The position numbers and the translations under genes are program-made. From assembly GCA_011390345.1 (NCBI GenBank), contig JAABSP010000005.1, forward strand, positions 36,004 to 100,003: DNA of 64,000 bases, in the 5' to 3' direction. Positions 40,082 to 47,525 of the stretch are shown piece after piece. The notes below the pieces were generated by a model. That model did not search any database. It saw only the letters and a program-made list of their open reading frames with translations, and was not told the origin of the DNA. Source of the stretch: Desulfobacteraceae bacterium. GTDB taxonomy: Bacteria; Desulfobacterota; Desulfobacteria; Desulfobacterales; JAABSP01. Position 1 is the first letter of the stretch. The number at the start of each line of letters is the position of its first letter.

Positions 40082-40514
40082 ACTCTACACCATCGGCTTT
40101 ACACAGAAATCTGCACAGGAATTCTTCGACCTGCTGAAATCCGCCAGGGTCCGGCGCATCGTGGATGTCCGCCTCAATGTCACCTCCCAACTGGCCGGAT
40201 TTGCCAAGCAGAAGGATCTGAAGTATTTCCTGGAAGCGATTCTGGGGGCCGACTATCTGCACTTGAAGAATGCCGCGCCCGAAAAGACGCTGCTGGAGGG
40301 GTACAAGAAAAAGGAGATATCCTGGGCCGAGTACGAAAAAGCATATCGGAAGCTGCTGGAAACACGGAAGGCATCGGAATGGCTTCCGGAAACCCTTTTT
40401 TCCGGGGATTGTTTTTTGTGCAGCGAACATGAGCCGGATCAGTGCCATCGTCGGCTGCTGGCTGAGTATTTTGCCGAGATTATTGGGAAAGTGGAAATCC
40501 ATCATCTGGTCTGA
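40068..40514 (+). CDS. DUF488-family protein (copy 2, divergent paralogue)
   Basis: The ATG at 40068 gives MATIKLYTIGFTQKSAQEFFDLLKSARVRRIVDVRLN...FLCSEHEPDQCHRRLLA. It overlaps copy 1 by 14 nt. Confidence 0.85.
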   Translation: MATIKLYTIGFTQKSAQEFFDLLKSARVRRIVDVRLNVTSQLAGFAKQKDLKYFLEAILGADYLHLKNAAPEKTLLEGYKKKEISWAEYEKAYRKLLETRKASEWLPETLFSGDCFLCSEHEPDQCHRRLLAEYFAEIIGKVEIHHLV

Positions 40515-40606
40515 TCTCGGAAGGGGCAGGCATGAATTCTCTTGCTTTTTCTTTGCAGTTTAGGGGAAAGGGGCTGGTTCTTTTTTGCTGGCGTCTTTTC
40601 CTCTCG

Positions 40607-41263
40607 TTATTGCAGCCCCTTAATCCGCCGAATATCCTCCGATTGCCCCAGCATCAGCAGAATATCGCTGTCTTTGATCACGAAATCGGCCGGCGGCATC
40701 AGGGTGAATTTCTCCGGAACCAGCTCTTTTACGCCGATCACATAGACCTTGTATTTGGCCCGCAGGTTGAGGGCCTTTAACGATTTTCCGATAAAGGGCG
40801 GGGGAGGGTCGATCTGCACCAGGGTGTAGTTATCCTCCAGGGGCACGAAATCTAGGATGTTGGGCGTTGAAAGGCCCCGGGCCACCCGCTGGGCCATGTC
40901 CTTTTCCGGGTGGATGATCTCGGTGGCCCCCACTTTCTTTAAAATCACCCCGTGATCCTCGTCCAGGGCCTTGGCCAGAATCTTCTTGACGCCCATCTCC
41001 TCCAGATAGAGGCAGATCAGAATGCTGATACTGATGTTGGTTCCGGTGCTGACAACCGCGCTGTTCAGCACCGACAGACCCAGAGAACGGAGCTGCTCCT
41101 TGTCGGTGGCATCCATGACGATGGCCTCGCTACAGTAGGGCTCGATGGCCTGCACCCGGTGCCGGTCGTTGTCGATGGCCATGACCTCATGGCCGTCCTC
41201 AAAGAGGGCTTTTGCCACATGAAAGCCGAATTTTCCCAGGCCGATGACGGCAAATCGTTTCAT
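40607..41263 (-). CDS. trkA: Trk/Ktr potassium-uptake NAD-binding subunit
   Basis: FAVIGLGKFGFHVAKALFEDGHEVMAIDND (Rossmann GxGxxG), plus a C-terminal TrkA_C-like part. Confidence 0.85.
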   Translation of the reverse strand: MKRFAVIGLGKFGFHVAKALFEDGHEVMAIDNDRHRVQAIEPYCSEAIVMDATDKEQLRSLGLSVLNSAVVSTGTNISISILICLYLEEMGVKKILAKALDEDHGVILKKVGATEIIHPEKDMAQRVARGLSTPNILDFVPLEDNYTLVQIDPPPPFIGKSLKALNLRAKYKVYVIGVKELVPEKFTLMPPADFVIKDSDILLMLGQSEDIRRIKGLQ

Positions 41264-41314
41264 ATCGTTTACTCCTGTTGATCCTTACTTTTCAAAAAAC
41301 TGCAGATGGACAGA

Positions 41315-42709
41315 CTATCCGATCATGATGTTCTCCTCGGCATATTCGATGCCGTTGGCCTTCCGGGGCCCTGCAATCACATAGGAGAAGGTCAGCACCC
41401 CCACCCGTCCGATGAGCATCATCAGGATGATGAGCCCTTTCCCCGCGGTCGTCAACTCATTGGTGGCGCCCATGGAGAGCCCCACCGTGCCGAAGGCCGA
41501 GACCACCTCGAAGAGGTAGGGCAGAAAGCGGTCATGGCCTGCGGAATGGAGCCAGTCCGGGGGGAGGGTCAGCAGCACAAGAAAGAAGATGACGCCGATG
41601 AGGCCGATGGAGATCACCACCAGGGCCGCGCTCTTTGAGATGGTATCTTCGGGAACGCTTCTCCGGAATAGATTGACCCGGCAGCGATGGCGCATCCGGC
41701 TCCAGGCAAAGGAAGAGAGAACCGCAAGGGTCGTGGTCTTTGTTCCGCCGCCGCAGGAGCCCGGAGATGCGCCGAAGAACATCAGAAAGAGCATGAACGC
41801 AAGGGTGGCATCTCCCAGGGTCGCGATGTCAACCGTATTGAACCCCGCTGTCCGGCAGGTGACGGACTGGAAAAAAGCGATAAGGCCCTTGGTTCCCCGG
41901 TTCTCGCTGCCCAGGGTGAGTCCGTACTCTTCGATCCAGAAGACAGCCATTCCTGCAATGATGAGCAGAAATGTGGTGATGAGAACTGTCCGGGTCTGCA
42001 CCGAAAGGCGCAGGCGCTTTCCGTTGGATCTGAATCCCACCTTGATGAGATCGTAGACCACGGGAAAGCCGATGCCGCCGAAGATGATCAGGCCCGAAAG
42101 GGTGAGGTTGAAGAGAAGGCTCTCCTGATACCGGATGAAGCTGTCCGGAAAAAGGGCAAACCCGGCATTGCAAAATGCAGAGATGGAATGGAAGATGGCC
42201 ATATAGAGCGCCTCTCCCCAGGGATACTCCCCGGCCCAGCCCAAAAAGAGCAGCAGGACTCCGATCCCCTCCATCAGGATTGTGAAACAGAGGATGGAGA
42301 TGAGCAGCGAATGGATATCGGCCATGGGGGTGTGCGCGAAGACATCCTGCATGGCCAGCCGCTGCTTGAAGGAGATGACCCTTCCCATGAGAAGGAATCC
42401 GGCAACGGTAACGGTCATGATCCCCAGCCCCCCGAGCTGGATCAGCGTCAGGATGACGAGCTGGCCCAATGGGGTGAAATAGCTGCCGGTGTCCACCACG
42501 ATCAGTCCGGTAACGCAGACCGCAGAGGTTGCGGTGAAGAGCGCGTCGATAAAGGAGATGGCCCCGGAGACCGTGGCCGGGGGCAGCATCAGCAACAGGG
42601 TTCCCAGCCCGATGGCCGTGAGGTAGCTGGCCAGCAGCAGCGTCGTCACCCGGATTCTGCGGAACCGGTCCGCGATCCATTTACCCGGCAATTTCCCTCC
42701 TCTTCTCAA
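41315..42709 (-). CDS. trkH: TrkH/KtrB potassium transporter membrane subunit
   Basis: 464 aa and polytopic, with repeated pore-loop-like motifs TAVCVTGL, SAFCNAGF, CRTAGFN, FGTVGLS. The ORF opens with TTG at 42709 and the start is uncertain. Confidence 0.85.
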   Translation of the reverse strand: MRRGGKLPGKWIADRFRRIRVTTLLLASYLTAIGLGTLLLMLPPATVSGAISFIDALFTATSAVCVTGLIVVDTGSYFTPLGQLVILTLIQLGGLGIMTVTVAGFLLMGRVISFKQRLAMQDVFAHTPMADIHSLLISILCFTILMEGIGVLLLFLGWAGEYPWGEALYMAIFHSISAFCNAGFALFPDSFIRYQESLLFNLTLSGLIIFGGIGFPVVYDLIKVGFRSNGKRLRLSVQTRTVLITTFLLIIAGMAVFWIEEYGLTLGSENRGTKGLIAFFQSVTCRTAGFNTVDIATLGDATLAFMLFLMFFGASPGSCGGGTKTTTLAVLSSFAWSRMRHRCRVNLFRRSVPEDTISKSAALVVISIGLIGVIFFLVLLTLPPDWLHSAGHDRFLPYLFEVVSAFGTVGLSMGATNELTTAGKGLIILMMLIGRVGVLTFSYVIAGPRKANGIEYAEENIMIG

Positions 42710-43286
42710 GGGGTTTGGGATCTTTGAAATATTCGCAGACCCCGAACCGGCCCGCCTCGCAGATCTCCTTCAGGCGGCCGCGGCCCAATACAAGACGGTT
42801 TCGGTATGCGCCGCAGGTGACAAATCCCTGTTTCCGGCCCGTTGCCCGGAAGGTGATATAGGGGCAGACCCGGGCAAATACGTTTTCAGAGCGGTCATCT
42901 GGCCCCAGGGCCTCGATCCGCTCGCTGAATTGAGAGAAGAAGCCGTTGTTCGATTTCATCTCACTGATACGGATGTAGTCGATACCGCCCTCCGCGATCC
43001 GCTGCACTATGTCCCGATGGCCTGAGGGCACCACCGCAAGGATCTTTGTATCCTTTGAATGGAGGTTTCGCTTGAGTGTCCGGCAGAGTTCCACAAGCGC
43101 ATTCTGCATCCGCGCATCCGCATTGGAAAAGGAGACCAGGATAAGATCGTAATCCGATTCCGTTGCCGCATCGAGACACCGGATGGGCCCCGGCATCCAC
43201 CGCACCCCGGCCGGCAGGAGCCGGTTTCCCGGATTTCCGGGATAACAGCCGAGTACTTTTTTATATCCGTTCTTTCTTTCCTGCAT
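42681..43286 (-). CDS. hypothetical protein: receiver-like fold lacking the acidic pocket, plus a C-terminal 4-Cys motif
   Basis: The ATG at 43286 (MQERKNGYKK) follows AAAGGGG. DLILVSFSNADARMQNALVELCRTL...ILAVVPSGH, then CPYI..x..CGAY..x..C..x..CEYF. It is the first gene after a sigma-54-type promoter. Confidence 0.5.
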   Translation of the reverse strand: MQERKNGYKKVLGCYPGNPGNRLLPAGVRWMPGPIRCLDAATESDYDLILVSFSNADARMQNALVELCRTLKRNLHSKDTKILAVVPSGHRDIVQRIAEGGIDYIRISEMKSNNGFFSQFSERIEALGPDDRSENVFARVCPYITFRATGRKQGFVTCGAYRNRLVLGRGRLKEICEAGRFGVCEYFKDPKPLEKRREIAG

Positions 43287-43324
43287 GGCAACCCCTTTCT
43301 TCAAGTCGGTTCGCCACTGGGGAT

Positions 43325-43340
43325 TGCAGGTTTGATACCA
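43325..43340 (-). promoter_or_regulatory. sigma-54 (-24/-12) type promoter upstream of the Cys-protein/trkH/trkA genes
   Basis: The minus strand reads TGGTATCAAACCTGCA. GG and GC have exactly the spacing of the TGGCAC-N5-TTGCA consensus. The element lies about 38 nt upstream of the ATG at 43286. Confidence 0.5.
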
Positions 43341-43415
43341 GAATGCTATTTTTTATTATTTTCAACAGGTTAGAAAAAGATCAGGGGGAAACGGGGGGAA
43401 AGAAGCGCTCTTTCC

Positions 43416-43443
43416 TTGCAAATTGCAAGAATCAGCGTTGCAG
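43416..43443. promoter_or_regulatory. cluster of three TTGCA(A/G) hexamers: possible enhancer-binding-protein site
   Basis: TTGCAAaTTGCAAgaatcagcgTTGCAG lies about 80-115 nt upstream of the sigma-54-type promoter. TTGCAA is self-complementary. Confidence 0.3.
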
Positions 43444-43455
43444 AATTCAATATGA

Positions 43456-44793
43456 TCAGTCGATCTGGTACTTCTTCCGCTTCCGCCAGAGGGTGGCCGG
43501 GTCGATGCCGAGGATCCGGGCCGCGGCCTCTAAAGATTCCGCGCGGGCCAGCACCTTCCGGATGTGGATCTTCTCCATCTCCGAAAGGCTCACGAGATCT
43601 TCATCCCTCTCCTGTCCCGGGATCTGGTCCCGGATATGGGGCGGCAGATCCTCCGGGGTGAGGCGATCCTTCCGGGACAGCACTGTTCCCCGTTCGATGC
43701 TGTTGATCAGCTCCCGGACATTGCCGGGCCAGGTATGGGACTGGAGTAGCCGGAGGGTCTCTTCATCTATCTTTCGGACGGGCCGGCTGTTTTCCCGGGC
43801 GAACTTTTTCAGGTAGTGCTCTGCAATCAAAGGGATGTCTTCGGGCCGCTCCCGCAGCCGCGGCATGAATATCTCCACCACATTGAGCCGGAAGAAGAGA
43901 TCCTGCCGGAAGAGGTTCTCCTTGACCATCTCCTCCAGGTTCCGGTTGGTGGCCGCGATCACCCGGACACTGACCTGGATCGGCCTCGGGTCCCCCAGTT
44001 TTTCAAACTCCCGGTGCTGGAGAAAATGGAGCAGCTTTGCCTGGATGGGCTGGGTCAGCTCCGAGACCTCATCTAAAAAGACGGTTCCGTTGTTGGCCAG
44101 CTCCAGCTTCCCGGTCTTCTCCTTTATGGCCCCGGTAAATGCCCCTTTTACATGGCCGAAGAGATCGCTCTCAAGCAGATTTTCATGGAGGCCGGTGCAG
44201 TCGACCGTGATAAAGGGCCCCGCTTTTGCCGGGCTCCAGTCATGGATCAGGCGGGCGATGACCCCTTTTCCGGTTCCGCTCTCCCCACTGATGAGGATGT
44301 TCGCGGTGGAATCGGCCACCTGGCGGGCCGTCTTTAAGATCCCGTGCATCTTCTTGCTCCGGGTGAGAAAATCCCCCTCCCGGACGATTCCCCGCACCTG
44401 ATCCCGAAGGCTCTTCACCTCCGACTCCAGGCTGTGGACCCGCTCGATCATCCGGACCAGATGGGTGATCCTGTCCGGGGTGAAGGGTTTTGCCAGATAC
44501 TCGAAAGCGCCCATCTTGATGGCCTTGACCGCGGTGTCGATGGCCGCGTATGCGGTGACGATCACCACATATGTCCGGATCTGTGCGGCCATGATCGCCT
44601 CCAGCACTGAAAGGCCGTCGGTGTCGGGCAGTTTCAAATCCAGAAAGACGATATCGGGCCGATGTTCGGCAAAGGCTTGGACGCCTTCTTCCCCACTCTG
44701 TGCGGTGATCACCGCCAGTCCCATCTCCTCCAGATGGATCTCGAGTGTGGTCAGGATGTTTTTATCGTCATCGATGAGAAGAACCGTTTTCAC
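43456..44793 (-). CDS. sigma-54-dependent response regulator (NtrC family: REC, AAA+, Fis-type HTH)
   Basis: The true start is taken as the GTG at 44793 (VKTVLLIDDDKN) behind GAGG; the rest of ORF 43456..45090 overlaps the kinase gene. GESGTGKGVIARLIH, GAFTGA, the C-terminal HTH AARILGIDPATLWRKRKKY. Confidence 0.9.
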   Translation of the reverse strand: MKTVLLIDDDKNILTTLEIHLEEMGLAVITAQSGEEGVQAFAEHRPDIVFLDLKLPDTDGLSVLEAIMAAQIRTYVVIVTAYAAIDTAVKAIKMGAFEYLAKPFTPDRITHLVRMIERVHSLESEVKSLRDQVRGIVREGDFLTRSKKMHGILKTARQVADSTANILISGESGTGKGVIARLIHDWSPAKAGPFITVDCTGLHENLLESDLFGHVKGAFTGAIKEKTGKLELANNGTVFLDEVSELTQPIQAKLLHFLQHREFEKLGDPRPIQVSVRVIAATNRNLEEMVKENLFRQDLFFRLNVVEIFMPRLRERPEDIPLIAEHYLKKFARENSRPVRKIDEETLRLLQSHTWPGNVRELINSIERGTVLSRKDRLTPEDLPPHIRDQIPGQERDEDLVSLSEMEKIHIRKVLARAESLEAAARILGIDPATLWRKRKKYQID

Positions 44794-46306
44794 CGGAAGC
44801 CTCGCTTTCCATGGGTATCCAGAACGTGAAGGTGGTGCCCCTGCCGATTCTGCTCTCCACCCGGATGTCGCCGCCGTGATCTTCGATGATCTCCCGGACG
44901 ATGGCCAGCCCCAGGCCGATGGTTCCGCTCTCCTCTCTCCGGGAGAACTGGGTGTACCGGTCGAAGATCCGGGGGAGATATTTCTCCTCGATCCCCGCGC
45001 CCTGATCCGCACACTGGAAATAGAAGCGGTTCCCCTTGCGCGAGACCCGGAGGTGAACCGTTCCGCCGGGGGCCGAGTAGCGGATGGCATTGCCCACGAG
45101 GTTGGTGATCACCCACGGAAAGCGCAGGGAATCGACCAGGACTTCCGGAAGATCAGGTTCGATCTCCGTTTCAATCCGGATCTTCTTCTCTTCGGCCTGG
45201 GGCAGCAGGGGTCTTAGGCACTCCTTTAAAAAATGATCCAGATGAAGCTGCTCCCGGCGCCTCGGTTCGAGCATACCCTCGAGCCGCGCGATGTTCACCA
45301 GCTCGTTGATGAGGCTCGAAAGGCGCATGCAGTCATCCCTTGCGGTCGTCAGCAGGCGGCTTCGCTTTTCGGCCGGGAGGCGGTCCCCTTTTTCCGCGAG
45401 AATGCCGATGCTCATGGAGAGCGAGGTCATGGGGGTCTTGAGCTGGTGGGAGAGGTCTGCGATGAATCGGGCCTTTGCCTTTTCCGCCTGACGGACTTTC
45501 AGTTTCTGGGCCGTCAGCTCATCCGCGCTGATCTGATCGTAGACCTTGAGGCGTTCGAAGAGCCGGTTGAACTCGGCTGTGAGAAATCCAATCTCATCCT
45601 CCGTGGTGACAGGGATTTTCGGATAAGAAGCGCTCCCCTCCCGGACTTGGGCAAGGGTTCCGGCCAACTCCACCAGGGGCTTTGCGATCCGGGCCGCGAG
45701 CAGATGGCTGAAGATCAGGGTGAAGAGGATAGCCAGGGCCAGCAGGGTCAGGGAGTAGCGCATGGCTTTGGCGGCCAGGGCCTGGGTCTCGTTCTCGGCA
45801 CGTTCCATCGCGTGCTCGTTGATCTGGATCAGATCGTTGAGATCCGAGAGGAAAAGAGCGGTGCGGGCGATGAAATCATAATGGCGCTTGGGCGGAATCT
45901 GAGTCCGGTTCAGGGCATCTTCGGCCGTCAGATTTCGGTAGAGGGGGAGAAAAGCCTCGTAATGGGCAAAAAGGGAATCGATGACCGCCTCTTCTCCGGG
46001 CTCGGTGATGTTCTCCCGGCAGAAGGTCAGCAGGCGGAAGACCTCCTGTAGCAGCGCCTCTCCGTTCAATTCCGGGGCCGGCTCATGAAAGAGCGCTGTC
46101 AGTATCCGGTTCCGCTCCCGCTCCAGGATCTGCCGGATGCCTTGGGCCGCCTGAATGCTCTTGTAGTTTTTCGACAGGATCGTCTCCGCGCTCTGGCCCA
46201 GGGCACTCAGGTTCTGATAGTCGAGGTAGATGACGAAAAGCAGCAGCACCGACGGAAAGAGGATCACCAGAAATATCTTGTTCTTCAACGAGGAATGGAA
46301 CAACAA
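44768..46306 (-). CDS. sensor histidine kinase (two TM helices, extracytoplasmic helical sensor, HAMP, HisKA, HATPase)
   Basis: H-box LSHQLKTPMTSL, NLVGNAIRYS, DQGAGI, GLGLAIV. The start is taken as the TTG at about 46306 directly after AAGGAGCGG (MLFHSSLKNKIFLVILFP); the longer ORF would overlap the upstream gene. Confidence 0.8.
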   Translation of the reverse strand: MLFHSSLKNKIFLVILFPSVLLLFVIYLDYQNLSALGQSAETILSKNYKSIQAAQGIRQILERERNRILTALFHEPAPELNGEALLQEVFRLLTFCRENITEPGEEAVIDSLFAHYEAFLPLYRNLTAEDALNRTQIPPKRHYDFIARTALFLSDLNDLIQINEHAMERAENETQALAAKAMRYSLTLLALAILFTLIFSHLLAARIAKPLVELAGTLAQVREGSASYPKIPVTTEDEIGFLTAEFNRLFERLKVYDQISADELTAQKLKVRQAEKAKARFIADLSHQLKTPMTSLSMSIGILAEKGDRLPAEKRSRLLTTARDDCMRLSSLINELVNIARLEGMLEPRRREQLHLDHFLKECLRPLLPQAEEKKIRIETEIEPDLPEVLVDSLRFPWVITNLVGNAIRYSAPGGTVHLRVSRKGNRFYFQCADQGAGIEEKYLPRIFDRYTQFSRREESGTIGLGLAIVREIIEDHGGDIRVESRIGRGTTFTFWIPMESEASGENGSSHR

Positions 46307-46319
46307 ACCGCTCCTTCTT

Positions 46320-47240
46320 TCAGATGAAGAAATTGAGGATATATTTTCCCGCCACAAAAAGCACGCAGATGCAGAGGATGACCTTGATAACATGTTCCGG
46401 GACATATCGCTGCAACCTCGCGCCGAGATAGATCCCCGCAAAGCCGCCGGCCCCCAGAAGAAATCCGAGATACCAGTCAGGGGAAACCGACATCTCCGGA
46501 TAGAGTCCCTGAAGGAGCTGGTAAAAGATCACCCCGGCCACAGAGGTGACAAAGGTTCCCATCAGGGCCGCGCCCGAGACGGTATAGACCGGAAGATGAA
46601 AGAAGGTCACAAAAAAGGGCGCAATGATGGCCCCGCCGCCGATGCCGTAGATGCCGCCGGCGATGCCCACAATGAAACAGAGGATGAAGATTCCGGCTGT
46701 AGAGCAGGAATAGTAATCTCCCGCGAATTCGAATTCCACCCGGGAAAGGGAAAACTGGGGGCTGCTGACCACAAAATCGGGGGCTGATCCCGCGCTTCCA
46801 TTCTTTTGGGCCGATGCCTTTTTGGTCTTGTTTTTCAAAATGTCGGACAGGAGCCGGAATCCTATATAGAGCAGCACGAATCCGGCAAAGAACTTGAAGC
46901 TCTTCGGGTCCGGCAGATACTGAATCCGAACCCATGCGCCGATAAAGACCCCGGGGAGCGTGCCGATGATCACGGCCCAGGTGAGGGGCCAGACCATGCG
47001 CCCTTCTTTGAGATACCGCCAGACCCCGCTGGGGATGGCCACGATGTTGTAGAGCTGATTGGTCGCGCTGACCGAGGGCGAGGTGTATCCGAGTACGCTC
47101 ACCTGAAAGGGGAGCAGGATGAACGCGCCCGAGACCCCGGCCATTGAAGTGAAAAAGGAGATGACGAATGCCACCAGAGGCGGCAGAAAGATCCAGGTGC
47201 TGACGCCGGAAATGGGGAAAACGGTGTAGAGAAAGTCCAT
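46320..47240 (-). CDS. TauE/SafE-family anion (sulfite-type) exporter
   Basis: The ATG at 47240 (MDFLYTVFPISG) follows AAGAGGA. Polytopic, with a duplicated half-protein pattern (MAGVSGAFILLP... / IAGGIYGIGGGAIIAP). Confidence 0.8.
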   Translation of the reverse strand: MDFLYTVFPISGVSTWIFLPPLVAFVISFFTSMAGVSGAFILLPFQVSVLGYTSPSVSATNQLYNIVAIPSGVWRYLKEGRMVWPLTWAVIIGTLPGVFIGAWVRIQYLPDPKSFKFFAGFVLLYIGFRLLSDILKNKTKKASAQKNGSAGSAPDFVVSSPQFSLSRVEFEFAGDYYSCSTAGIFILCFIVGIAGGIYGIGGGAIIAPFFVTFFHLPVYTVSGAALMGTFVTSVAGVIFYQLLQGLYPEMSVSPDWYLGFLLGAGGFAGIYLGARLQRYVPEHVIKVILCICVLFVAGKYILNFFI

Positions 47241-47343
47241 TGGGTTACCATCCTCTTTCTTCGGTTTTAAAAAACGATCCTTCGCGGAGCCCTGTGATGT
47301 AAGGTTTATGCTCCTCCTCTTCAAATCATCCGCTTTTCAAAAC

Positions 47344-47360
47344 ATGCAATAAACAAGCCG
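47344..47360 (-). promoter_or_regulatory. sigma-54 (-24/-12) type promoter upstream of the TauE-HK-NtrC genes
   Basis: The minus strand reads cGGCTTGTTTATTGCAT, with GG-N10-GC spacing and a perfect TTGCAT -12 region. It lies about 100 nt upstream of the ATG at 47240 and overlaps the palindrome CCGGAAatggTTCCGG (47358-47373). Confidence 0.45.
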
Positions 47361-47525
47361 GAAATGGTTCCGGATCGCCTATGTAATATATCCTATTTTC
47401 GTACCTTTTAAAAGCGCTCTCTTATTCTGCTGGAACAGGAAATACGGTTGACAAGACTTGGATGAAAGGATAAAGGATATGCGAAAAAACCGAATGTCAA
47501 ACGCAGAACAAGACAGGAAAAAGGA

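Noticed and set aside
44794-45090. The N-terminal extension of the NtrC-family ORF (MPSATRPPAERF...).
   Set aside because: It lies entirely inside the 3' end of the kinase gene in another frame. The receiver domain starts right at a GTG with a GAGG RBS at 44793.
47458-47495. TTGACA followed by TAAAGG, considered as a sigma-70 promoter for the MscS-like gene.
   Set aside because: The -10 candidate is poor (it lacks the invariant final T), so support is insufficient.
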